A stretch of 64,000 bases of DNA. It comes from Dehalococcoidia bacterium (GTDB taxonomy: Bacteria; Chloroflexota; Dehalococcoidia; Plut-88900). A model generated the notes under the pieces. It had not been told where the DNA came from. It made no database searches and worked only from the letters and a program-made list of their open reading frames with translations. Of this stretch, positions 40,904 to 49,977 are shown one piece after another. The translations under genes and the position numbers were made by a program. How positions within the stretch are numbered: the stretch's first letter is position 1; each line of letters begins with the position of its first letter. The DNA lies in NCBI GenBank assembly GCA_965207225.1, contig CBDBLV010000005.1:224001-288000 (forward strand), given 5' to 3'.

Positions 40904-41188
40904 TCAGTCCCGCGTGACCAGGATGCGGTCTTTCAGGGACTCGACTTTGCCGCTCTGGTCGTCGACCTGGACTACCTTATAGGAGCGCTCAAACGGGCTG
41001 GCTAATTTTTCCGCGGCGGTCTGGGGGTTTCTTCGGTGCCAGGGTCTCGAAAAACCTATAGTGATCTTCCAAGTGCCCGACTCATCTTCGTAGACGACTT
41101 CCTCCAAGCCGACATTGGCAGTAGACTCGCTTTCGAATATCTCCGAAACATATTGCTTGGCAATTTGTACGGCTTGTTTCACGTCCAT
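40904..41188 (-). CDS. Hypothetical protein, likely partner of downstream PIN protein
   Basis: MDVKQAVQIAKQY...LEEV...WKITIGF...RSYKVV; 4 nt from PIN gene. Confidence 0.8.
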   Translation of the reverse strand: MDVKQAVQIAKQYVSEIFESESTANVGLEEVVYEDESGTWKITIGFSRPWHRRNPQTAAEKLASPFERSYKVVQVDDQSGKVESLKDRILVTRD

Positions 41189-41232
41189 CTTGTCACCCCG
41201 ATGTGGTGTTACAAGATTAGATTATAGCCCCC

Positions 41233-42411
41233 CTAAGCCCCCCTCGGCAGCCCCAGCCCCCGAGTCGCGACCACGTTGCGTTGGATCTCCTGGGAGCCCG
41301 ACTCTATGGTGTAGGGCACCGCGAACAGGTACTGGTTCGAGATGAACCCCTGCAGTTCAGCATATTTGGAGCCCGCTTCCAGCTGACCCTTCAGCCCCAT
41401 CACTTCCATCCCCACCCGGGCCAGCTTCTGCGACGTCTGGGTGCTCAGCAGCCTCAGCAGCGATGCTTCCATGTTCGGGACTATGCCCTCGGCCTGCATC
41501 CAGGCGATTCGGTAGGCCATCATGCGGGAGGTCTCCAGGTCGACGGCCACTTCGGCGAGCTTGTGGCGGACTATCGCGTCTTGGGCCAGGGTATGGCCGT
41601 TGACCGTGGTATCGTTGGCGTATCCGATTAGCAGGTCGAGGATGCGCTTGCCACCGGCGGGGTGGGTGATGCCCGTGCGCTCGAAGTCCAGCAGGGTCAT
41701 GGCGACGTACCAGCCCCGGTTCACCTCGCCCAGCACGTTATTCTTCGGGACCCGGACGTTGTCGAAGAACTCCTCGTTGAAGGAGCTCTCGCCGCTCATC
41801 TCCTGGATGGGCCGGACGGTGATGCCCGGCGTGTCCATGTCCAGCAGGAAGAAGGTGATGCCCCGGTGCTTGACGGCCTCGGTGTCCGTGCGGGCCAGCA
41901 GGAACATGTGGTCGGCGAACTGGGCGTAGCTGGACCAGATCTTCTGCCCGTTGATCACGTAGTCGTCGCCGTCCAGCACCGCCCGAGTCTGCAACGAAGC
42001 AAGGTCGGAGCCCGACTCCGGCTCGCTGAACCCCTGGCACCACACTGCTTCACCTCTCGCTATCGCGCCGAGATACGCCCTCTTTTGCTCTTCCGTGCCA
42101 TGGTGCATGAGGGTCGGGCCCAGGAGGTTGAGTCCGAAGGTGTCGATTCCCGGGGCCCCGCGGTACTCCCACTCCTCCTGGAAGATGAGCTGGGATATAG
42201 CGGATGCGCCCTGGCCGCCGTACTCCTCGGGCCAGCCCATGGTGTTCCAGCCCTTCTCGGCGAGCATCTTCCGCCACTTCATCTCCGTTTCCTTGTCGAC
42301 GTGGGCGAAGGATATGGGGCCGCCAATCCAGTCGGAGGGTAGGTTTTCGTCTAGGAAGTCCCTCACCTCCTGGCGAAATGCGGTCTGCTCTTCGGTCAGG
42401 TGCAAGTCCAT
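41233..42411 (-). CDS. Acyl-CoA dehydrogenase, alpha-type
   Basis: WCQGFSEP, LDFER, IESGSQEIQRNVVATRGLGLPR; AAGGAG RBS before ATG 42411. Confidence 0.95.
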   Translation of the reverse strand: MDLHLTEEQTAFRQEVRDFLDENLPSDWIGGPISFAHVDKETEMKWRKMLAEKGWNTMGWPEEYGGQGASAISQLIFQEEWEYRGAPGIDTFGLNLLGPTLMHHGTEEQKRAYLGAIARGEAVWCQGFSEPESGSDLASLQTRAVLDGDDYVINGQKIWSSYAQFADHMFLLARTDTEAVKHRGITFFLLDMDTPGITVRPIQEMSGESSFNEEFFDNVRVPKNNVLGEVNRGWYVAMTLLDFERTGITHPAGGKRILDLLIGYANDTTVNGHTLAQDAIVRHKLAEVAVDLETSRMMAYRIAWMQAEGIVPNMEASLLRLLSTQTSQKLARVGMEVMGLKGQLEAGSKYAELQGFISNQYLFAVPYTIESGSQEIQRNVVATRGLGLPRGA

Positions 42412-42488
42412 CTGTTCACTCCTTGTTGAGCGGGAATGGGGCAAAGCCCAGGGTCATGATGTCGGGCGGGGTGGGCCGGGTGTCGGGG

Positions 42489-42728
42489 CTAGGGGAGGGA
42501 CACGGCGAGACAGGTCACGGTCTTCACCACGCTGCCCACGGCGTGGATCTTGTTGGTCACCAGCTCTCCGATGGTGTTCACGTCCTGGGCCTCCAGGACG
42601 GCTATCACGTCGTAGGGCCCGACCACGGCGTCCACGGAGGCCACCCCCTCCACTGCTCTCAGGTTGTTTACGACGGTGTTGGTGGTCCCAACTGCGGTCT
42701 CGATGAGAACGAAGGCCTTGTTTGCCAT
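42489..42728 (-). CDS. Stand-alone Lrp/AsnC ligand-binding (RAM) domain protein
   Basis: KAFVLIET..G, VVGPYDVIA, VKTVTC. Confidence 0.9.
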   Translation of the reverse strand: MANKAFVLIETAVGTTNTVVNNLRAVEGVASVDAVVGPYDVIAVLEAQDVNTIGELVTNKIHAVGSVVKTVTCLAVSLP

Positions 42729-42870
42729 TTATTCCTCCCCGGTAGCCTGCTCCCCGACGCCTCTGTCGGTGACCGCATTCTAAGTCGGGCGGAAAAATGG
42801 TGTCAAACGTGGTTTATGCCTGCAGGGAAACGCGAAACCAATGCCCTAGCGTGTCCGAAGGCCATATTGT

Positions 42871-44257
42871 ATGGTGGCGACCAACGAAAGCAGGGGAGAG
42901 GGTTTTGGCTTGAAGAACCAGGCATGTAGATATGGGAGGTGGCTCGGGGTCCTGGCTGCCCTGGCCGTTGTCGTATTGGTATTGGCATGCGGCGGGGCAC
43001 AGTCGACCATGGAGACTCCAACCTCTGATCCTACCCCCACCGTCCCACCAGCTCCTCCTACTCCCACCCCAACCCCCATCCCCACGTCGATAGCCCCTTC
43101 AGTCCCGGTTTCAGCCACTCAGATAGACGACGATACCACCTGGCAGGAGCTTTTCGACGATTTCACGCCCCGCCGAGCAGGACTGCATTCGCACGGAGGT
43201 CGGGAGTGAGCTGGAGTCGGTTCTGGGCGAACCAGTCATGACGGACGACGACCTGACGGACTGGCAGGTATCCCTCTTCGAGTGCCTGTCCCCCGAGACG
43301 GCCCGTTCCATATACGCTTCCTTGCTGGTTGCGGGGATGGTGAGTGATGAAACTTATGACGTGTCCGAGCAGGAAATTCAATGTGTGAGCGCGTGGGTGG
43401 CGGGCGCCGATGTACACTGGATTATCAGGGGCACGGCCGAAGAGGACCTGACCGTCATGGGCGAGATGTTGTCGGGGGTAGTTCCCTGCCTGCTGGATTT
43501 CTTCATGCCGGAGTTCCTTGCGGAGGTGGGCATTGACGCCGACACCCTGACGGATGATGAGCTGACCTGCCTGAACGAGTGGATGGTGGGATATGACTGG
43601 TCTAACTTAATTACGGGCTTGTTGGAAGACGACCTGGGCGTGATGGGCGAATTCCTTCCCGGCTTGATAAGCTGCGCCCCGGGTCCCTTCCTGGCGTTGA
43701 TGTTCGAAGACTTTGGGATCGACGTGGAAGCGCTGACTGATGAAGAGAAGAAATGCCTGGAAGATTGGCTGATAGACTTTGATTGGGACGCTGTCCTAGC
43801 CGCGATGACTGCTGTGGCTTTCGCGGATGAAGACGAGGCATACACCATCCTCGCCGAGGCCTTTGGCCTCCTGACCTGCGTTCCCGATCTATCCTTGTAT
43901 GAAAACGTCGGCTCCGGCGGTCCTGATGACCACGGTGACAGCATTACAGACGCCTCTCATATCGGCGTCGGGGAATCCATCGAGGGCGCCATCGACTACG
44001 AGTACGACGTAGACCTGTTCGAGCTAACGGCGGATGCAGGTCAGGTCTACCAGATCGACGTTTCCCTGGGCACCCTGGAAGACTCCGTGCTTGCCATCTA
44101 TGATGCCGACGGTTGGGAAGTCGCATACAACGACGATTACGGTGAAGGGTTGGCCTCACGCATTGTATGGGAGCCGGATGCCACCGGGGTCTACTACGTC
44201 GAGGTGTCAGGGCTTTTCTCCACGGGTTCATATGCGCTGACCATCATGGGCCAGTAG
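42871..44257 (+). pseudogene. Acidic lipoprotein with C-terminal PPC-like domain, apparently frameshifted at ~43170 (or sequencing error)
   Basis: Lipobox VLACGG and PT linker; removing one C from ACGCCCCGCC restores DDFTPAEQDCIRTEVG..., joining 43238-44257; DSVLAIYDADG..AYNDD. Confidence 0.7.
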
Positions 44258-44451
44258 AGGGCGAGCCGGGTGTCGGGCGGAGACTAGCCGAGCTAGCGAC
44301 TTAAACAGGACTACCCCCCGCTCATACTTCGACTAAGCTCAGCACGAGCGGCCCCGCGTGTTCTTCCTGGACACCGCCAAGGTCCACCTTGTGAAGCCCG
44401 ACCCCCTGATATACGATGCACCCGACCAACCTGAACTGGAGGAAACCCGAT

Positions 44452-44847
44452 ATGGCACTGACCCTGGACGAGTCAATCAAGCTGTGTGAAGCCGCCATAG
44501 CTAAGGCAAACGAGCTGGGAATCAAGATAAGTGTAGCCGTCTGTGACCCGGGCGGAAAACTGAAAGCCTTCGCCAGGATGGATGGGGCTATCTGGGCCAG
44601 CGTCTACGGCTCCCAGGGCAAGGCCACGACGTCCGTCGGGTTCGGCAGGCCCAGCGTGATGCTCCAGGAGAGAGCAGACCACCCGACCATCAAGGGAATC
44701 ATCGCCGCTTCGGGAAGCAACATGATCCCGGGCCAGGGTGCTATACCCGTCATCAGGAACGGTGTCGTGGAGGGGGCCTGCGGGGTGGGCGGGGGCACGG
44801 GTGAGGAAGACGAGATCTGCGCCCAGGCGGCCGTGGACTCTTTATAA
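44452..44847 (+). CDS. GlcG/HbpS-family heme-binding protein
   Basis: ISVAVCDPGG, ARMDGA, KATTS, GAIPV..GVVEGACGVGG..EEDEICA. Confidence 0.92.
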   Translation: MALTLDESIKLCEAAIAKANELGIKISVAVCDPGGKLKAFARMDGAIWASVYGSQGKATTSVGFGRPSVMLQERADHPTIKGIIAASGSNMIPGQGAIPVIRNGVVEGACGVGGGTGEEDEICAQAAVDSL

Positions 44848-44944
44848 CTTTACCTCCCCCCCGCTCGCACTCCTTGGGGGACTCGGGGCTGGCTTAAGAG
44901 AGCCTCAGCACGAGCGGCCTAACCCCCCGACACCGCCGCAAGGC

Positions 44945-46453
44945 TTAGTCCGACCGGTAGTACTCCATGCCCAGGTGGGTGATCTGCTCTTCGCCCATCA
45001 GCCAGCGTAGGGTGTTCTTCAGCTTGGTCTGCTGGATGAAAAGGTCGTGCTCCGGGTATACAGATGGCGCGTGCTGGGGGCTCTTGAAGTAGAAGGATAG
45101 CCACTCCTGGATGCCCGCCAGCCCCGACCTCTGCGCCAGGTCCATGAACAGCACGAGGTCCAGCACCAGCGGCGCCGCCAGGATGGAGTCCGAGCACAGG
45201 AAATTGACCTTTAGCTGCATCCGCTTCCCCAGCCACCCAAAGAGGTCGATGTTGTCCCAGCCCTCCTTGTTGTCGCCTCTCGGGGGATAGTAGTTGATGC
45301 GCACCTTGTGGTAGGCGTCCGAGTAAAGCTCGGGGTACAGTTCGGGTTGCAGGATGTACTCCAGCACCCCCAGCTTAGACTCCTCTTTCGTCCTGAAGTT
45401 CTCGGGTTCGTCCAGCACCTCGCCGTCCCGGTTCCCGAGGATGTTCGTCGAGAACCAGCCGTCCATGCCCAGCATCCGGGCCTTGAGCATCGGGCCGATG
45501 ACCGTCTTGACCAGGGTCTGGCCGGTCTTGAAATCCTTGCCGCATACGGGCACGCCATTGTCTCGGGCCAGCTTCTCCAGCGCGGGGATGTCGACGGTCA
45601 GGTTGGGAGCGCCGTTGGCAAAGGGCACGCCCTCCATCAGCGCGGCGTAGGCGTATATCATCGAGGGGGCGATCTTCTCATCGTTGTCATGCAGTGCCCC
45701 AACGAAATCTTCGATACCCTGGTGCACCTCGTTTTCCGTAACGAATTTTTCGGTCGAGGCGCACCAGACCATGACCAGGCGGTCGCAGCCGTTTTCCTCT
45801 TTGAAACGACGGATGTCGCTGCGGATGGCATCAACGGCGGCCAGCTTGGAGTCCATCGACTTGACGTTCACGCCATCGATGCGCTTCACGTAGTCCTGGT
45901 CGAATACGGCCGGCATGGGCTCGATGGACTTCAGGAAGTCGGCGATGGGTTCCACCTGGTCGTATCGGTCCAGGACCCCGGCCTTTGAGGCTGCCTGGTA
46001 GGCGTTGTCGGGTATCGGGTCCCAGGCCCCGAAGACCAACTGGTCCAGGTCGGCCAAGGGCACGAAGTCCTTTATGAGCGGGGTCCGGCCGTCGGGCCTT
46101 TTGCCCAGGCGGATCGTAGCCATCTGGGACACCGACCCCACCGGGCTCCCCGTGCCCCGACGTATGTGCTCCACGCCCGCGATGAAGGTGGATGACACCG
46201 CCCCCAGCCCCACCAGCAGCACCCCGAGCTTGCCGTCGGCGGGTTGGATGTCGGGGGCGCCGGGCGCCACGAAGTCCTTGGGTTCCAGGGCTATACCCTG
46301 CTGGTAAGCAAGTTCCAAGAGCTTTTCGTGCCACTGGGCCGGGATCCGGGCCGTCCTCACCCAGTGCTGCACCGTGCTCTGTCGCTTGCCCAGCAGTGCT
46401 GCCAGCGCTGACTGCCCACCGAATCGTTCGATTATCTGCTTTGCGTTATTCAT
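44945..46453 (-). CDS. ino1: Inositol-3-phosphate synthase with N-terminal Cro-like HTH fusion
   Basis: GLGAVSST, GKDFKTGQT, WFSTNILGNRDG, YYPPRGDNKEGWD, DSILAAPLVLDL; extra N-terminal ~62 aa FGGQSALAALLG..QSTVQHW...RIP. Confidence 0.92.
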   Translation of the reverse strand: MNNAKQIIERFGGQSALAALLGKRQSTVQHWVRTARIPAQWHEKLLELAYQQGIALEPKDFVAPGAPDIQPADGKLGVLLVGLGAVSSTFIAGVEHIRRGTGSPVGSVSQMATIRLGKRPDGRTPLIKDFVPLADLDQLVFGAWDPIPDNAYQAASKAGVLDRYDQVEPIADFLKSIEPMPAVFDQDYVKRIDGVNVKSMDSKLAAVDAIRSDIRRFKEENGCDRLVMVWCASTEKFVTENEVHQGIEDFVGALHDNDEKIAPSMIYAYAALMEGVPFANGAPNLTVDIPALEKLARDNGVPVCGKDFKTGQTLVKTVIGPMLKARMLGMDGWFSTNILGNRDGEVLDEPENFRTKEESKLGVLEYILQPELYPELYSDAYHKVRINYYPPRGDNKEGWDNIDLFGWLGKRMQLKVNFLCSDSILAAPLVLDLVLFMDLAQRSGLAGIQEWLSFYFKSPQHAPSVYPEHDLFIQQTKLKNTLRWLMGEEQITHLGMEYYRSD

Positions 46454-46461
46454 AATTGGCA

Positions 46462-46490
46462 ATTGTAACGATATTTTCGTTATCAGTCAA
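46462..46490 (-). promoter_or_regulatory. Sigma70 promoter of ino1 with palindromic operator
   Basis: TTGACT, 17 nt, TACAAT, then ATG 8 nt later; inverted repeat TAACGA-N5-TCGTTA (46466-46482) in the spacer. Confidence 0.75.
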
Positions 46491-46547
46491 TCTTGAACCA
46501 GCAGTACCAGACAAGGTGAGATACAATCTGCCCACGAGAGAAACCTT

Positions 46548-46931
46548 GTGACTACCAGTGAAACCAACCCCGACCTCATATTCGCCGACGCCCGCCGAAT
46601 GTATTCTTCGGCCATGCACCGCATGGACGCCGACGACATCCGTGATGCCGCAGAAAAGGCTTGGTGCGCCACCCTCCGCGCCACCGAGGCCCTGGTCCTG
46701 GCCCGGACCGGCCAGTCTCCCGCCACATCTACCGCCGCCGGTAGAAGGCTGCGCTTGCTAGTAGAGACTAATCCTTCATTGGAAGCCCTCTCGCTCCGGT
46801 ACTCCGATCGCCTAGTAGTCCTCCGCGACGAATGCCTCCGCCATGAATACTGCCAGCCCGTCGTGACCGAGCGGCTCATTCGCGAGACTCCTGACTACAT
46901 CCGGGACGCCGAAGCCCTGTCCCACAACTAG
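46548..46931 (+). CDS. PaREP1/HEPN-like protein (paralog of 28533-28916)
   Basis: DDIRDAAEKAWCATLRA...TERLIRET.DYIRDAE. Confidence 0.75.
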   Translation: MTTSETNPDLIFADARRMYSSAMHRMDADDIRDAAEKAWCATLRATEALVLARTGQSPATSTAAGRRLRLLVETNPSLEALSLRYSDRLVVLRDECLRHEYCQPVVTERLIRETPDYIRDAEALSHN

Positions 46932-47043
46932 CCCAACCCCATCCCCTGCAGGGGCAATCCCTCGTGGCTGTCCTAGGCCGCTACCTACCCTACCCCCGTC
47001 CCTTTGGCCCCACCCCCTGCCCTGCCCGTATAATGACCTCATC

Positions 47044-47679
47044 ATGGTTAGTGGAATCAATCCCGAAAACGTCAGCGGGGTGGCCCTGGCCGGGGGAATG
47101 AGCAGGAGGCTCGGGAGGAACAAGGCCGTCGAGGAGATAGGTGGCGAGCGGCTTATCGAGCGGGTCATCAACAGGCTGTCCGAGGTTAGCTCCGAGACGG
47201 TCGTCGTGGTGGCGGAGGAGTCCCGGGCCCAGGCCCTCGACCTGCCCGACGGGGTACGCACCGCCGCCGACATCTATCCGGGCCACGGGTCCCTGGGCGG
47301 CATCTTCACCGGTCTCTCCGCCGCCCGCGGAGACTGCGGCATAGTCGTGGCTTGCGACATGCCCTTTCTCAATACCGGCCTGCTCCAGTTCATGGTCGAC
47401 CTCGCACCCGATTTCGACGTGGTAGTCCCGAGGGTCGACGGCAGGCCCGAGCCCCTGCACGCCATATATTCGAAAAGCTGCCTCGAACCGATAGAGAGCA
47501 GGTTGAAGCGGCAGGACCTGAAGATCGCCCTCTTTTTCGAGGAGGTCAGAGTCGCTTATGTGGACGAGGATGACATAGACCTCTTCGACCCGGAGCGGCT
47601 GAGCTTCTTCAACGTCAACACCCAGGAAGACCTGGACAAGGCCCTGGCCCTTGAGGCACAGGGCTATTCCGACGAGTAG
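47044..47679 (+). CDS. mobA: Molybdenum cofactor guanylyltransferase
   Basis: LAGGMSRRLGRNKA, GSLGGI, VACDMPF, EPLHAIY, FFNVNTQED. Confidence 0.95.
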   Translation: MVSGINPENVSGVALAGGMSRRLGRNKAVEEIGGERLIERVINRLSEVSSETVVVVAEESRAQALDLPDGVRTAADIYPGHGSLGGIFTGLSAARGDCGIVVACDMPFLNTGLLQFMVDLAPDFDVVVPRVDGRPEPLHAIYSKSCLEPIESRLKRQDLKIALFFEEVRVAYVDEDDIDLFDPERLSFFNVNTQEDLDKALALEAQGYSDE

Positions 47680-47687
47680 CAGTCCTC

Positions 47688-49475
47688 ATGCACGCGTATT
47701 GCGGCCAGGTCCTGGTCATCGACCTTCCCAGCGGAGCGTCTACGTTCGAGCCCCTCACGCCCGAGGAGCAGGTCTCCTTCATCGGTGGGGCGGGGCTGGG
47801 GGCATGGTTGCTCTACAGGCACTGCCCTCCGGGGGTCGACCCCCTCTCTCCAGAGTCCCCGTTAATCTTCGCCTGGGGCCCGTTCTTCGGGGCGGGGGTG
47901 CCGGGCTCGGCGAAGATGGCCGTGGCGTGCAAGTCGCCGCTCACGGGATTCGTCGGCGACTCCCTGTCCTCTGGACCCGTGGCAGAAGAGCTGTCCCGGA
48001 TGCCTTTCGATGCACTGGTCATCAAGGGCCGGGCGTCGGGACCCGCGGTGCTGCACATTGATGGTGAGTCGGTCAAAGTGCTGGATGCCGGAGAGTTGGC
48101 AGGTCTGTCGGCACAGGAAACCGCCACAAAGATGAACTCCATTGCCGGCTTTAGTGAGGCCCAGGTCGCGGTCATTGGCCCGGCCGGCGAGGCCCTGGTC
48201 AGCTTTGCCTGCATCAGCAACGGGGGTCGGCAGGCAGGAAGAACCGGCGCGGGCGCGGTGATGGGCTCGAAGAACCTGAAGGCCATAGCCATGCACGGCA
48301 ATGCAACTCTCCCAACCCCCCACCCCGATCTCGCTAACTTGAATGTAAGGCTCGGACGGGCCATGGAATCCAAGTCCACTGCCAAGTACCGGGGCCCGGG
48401 CACCGTGGGCAACCTGGCCAAGTTGAACGCGGCGGGCGCCCTCCCCGCATATAACTTCCGCCAGTACACCTTTGACGGCGCAGATAGGCTGAGCGTCGAG
48501 AGCTTGGAAAAGAGACGAGGCCAAGGCTCGGGTGGGATGTCCCGGGAGTGGGAGCATGTCTACTCGGCCAGGGGGCGCAGGGGAAGGACCCGGCTGGAGT
48601 ACGAGAGCCTCTTCGCCTTCGGCCCGATGTGCGGAATCAGCGACCCCGACATCGTAATCCGGGCGGCGGGTCTGTGCGATGACCTGGGCATCGACACCAT
48701 AAGCACCGGCGGCACCATTGCCTGGGCCATGGAGTCCTTTGAACGCGGACTCCTCACAATTGCCGACACAGGTGGCCTGGACCTGCGCTTTGGCAACGGG
48801 GATGCGCTGCTTGCGGCCATCGAGTCGATAGGGCATAGGGAGGGTATCGGGGAGCTTTTGTCGCAGGGCAGCCGAGGGGCAGCGGCCCAACTCGGCGGCG
48901 TCTCCGAGGCATGGGCCATGCACGTCAAGGGGCTGGAGATGCCTGGCTACCATCCCGGCAACCTTCGGCACCTGGCCCTCGCCCTTGCAGTCAGCCCCCG
49001 GGGCGCGTGCCATAACCGGGCCTCGGCCTACGATTTCGACCTCAGCGACGAGGATGCGTACCATGCCGACGCCTCGCAGATTGGCTTGGCCGTCGCCGAT
49101 GCCGAAGACTTCGCCGCCGTACTGGACTCTCTTGTCCTCTCCAAATTCGTGCGCCGTGCCCTGCGAGACTTCTTCCCTGAAGCTGCCCGGGTCTACCGCC
49201 TCGCCACGGGCCATGATATCGGCCCGGAAGATTTGCGGGCCTCGGGGGAGCGGATAAACCTGGTCCGCAAAGCTTTTAACGTCCGGGAGGGTTGGAGTCG
49301 AGAAGATGACACCCTCCCACCCCGCATCTTCGAGGGTGGTGTGGTGTCGGAGGCTGGCCTGGAAGAAATGATCGGGGCGTATTACGGCGCCCGGGGGTGG
49401 GGCAGGGAGGGGTTGCCAAGTCGGGACTCGCTCCGCGCTCTAGGCCTGAACATGCCGTCTGAAACACCTGTATAA
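47688..49475 (+). CDS. Aldehyde:ferredoxin oxidoreductase (AOR) family protein
   Basis: KSPLTG, IGPAGE, AGRTGAGAVMGSKNLKA, EYES, CDDLGIDTISTG, HVKGLE, RGACH, DDTLPPR. Confidence 0.92.
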   Translation: MHAYCGQVLVIDLPSGASTFEPLTPEEQVSFIGGAGLGAWLLYRHCPPGVDPLSPESPLIFAWGPFFGAGVPGSAKMAVACKSPLTGFVGDSLSSGPVAEELSRMPFDALVIKGRASGPAVLHIDGESVKVLDAGELAGLSAQETATKMNSIAGFSEAQVAVIGPAGEALVSFACISNGGRQAGRTGAGAVMGSKNLKAIAMHGNATLPTPHPDLANLNVRLGRAMESKSTAKYRGPGTVGNLAKLNAAGALPAYNFRQYTFDGADRLSVESLEKRRGQGSGGMSREWEHVYSARGRRGRTRLEYESLFAFGPMCGISDPDIVIRAAGLCDDLGIDTISTGGTIAWAMESFERGLLTIADTGGLDLRFGNGDALLAAIESIGHREGIGELLSQGSRGAAAQLGGVSEAWAMHVKGLEMPGYHPGNLRHLALALAVSPRGACHNRASAYDFDLSDEDAYHADASQIGLAVADAEDFAAVLDSLVLSKFVRRALRDFFPEAARVYRLATGHDIGPEDLRASGERINLVRKAFNVREGWSREDDTLPPRIFEGGVVSEAGLEEMIGAYYGARGWGREGLPSRDSLRALGLNMPSETPV

Positions 49476-49503
49476 TCTGCGCCACTCCCTGCTTGGAGGA
49501 GCC

Positions 49504-49977
49504 TTGGACAGGGAACATATCAAAGAGGTGCTCGGCGGCTTTCCGCGTCACAGGACCCACCTGCTTCCCGCTTTGCGCGCCGTCCAGGAGGAGCTGCACT
49601 GGCTCCCGACCTGGGCCATGGAGGAGATCGGCGCCTACCTGCGGGTCCCGAAGAGCGAGGTTCACGGCGTCGCATCGTCCTTCCCTGAGCTCCGGCTGAA
49701 GGAGCCCGGCCGATTCGTTCTGAGGGTATGCACGGGCCTGGCCTGCTACCTGCAAGGCAGCGCCGAAATCCTGAAGGCCGTGAGTGGGGACCTGGGCATA
49801 GGGGTCGGGGAGACCACCGACGACGGCGCCATAACCCTGGAAGAGGCCCCCTGCCTGTTCGTGTGCGCCATGGCCCCGGCCATGGAACTGGGCGGTGGCC
49901 CCTTCGGCAGGCTCACCCCCGAGGACGCCGTGGCCCGACTCCAGGCCATCCCCCGGTTCCCCCCACCCCAGCCATGA
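49504..49977 (+). CDS. NuoE-like [2Fe-2S] subunit (formate dehydrogenase gamma)
   Basis: VCTGLAC and PCLFVCAMAP ligands. Confidence 0.9.
   Translation: MDREHIKEVLGGFPRHRTHLLPALRAVQEELHWLPTWAMEEIGAYLRVPKSEVHGVASSFPELRLKEPGRFVLRVCTGLACYLQGSAEILKAVSGDLGIGVGETTDDGAITLEEAPCLFVCAMAPAMELGGGPFGRLTPEDAVARLQAIPRFPPPQP

Noticed and set aside
27306-42411. Integron or diversity-generating retroelement explaining the paralog array
   Set aside because: No tyrosine integrase, attC-like sites, reverse transcriptase or adenine-specific TR/VR pair seen.
44452-44475. MALTL N-terminus shared by the GlcG-like protein and the capsid protein
   Set aside because: Too short; the rest of the proteins are unrelated, so likely coincidence.
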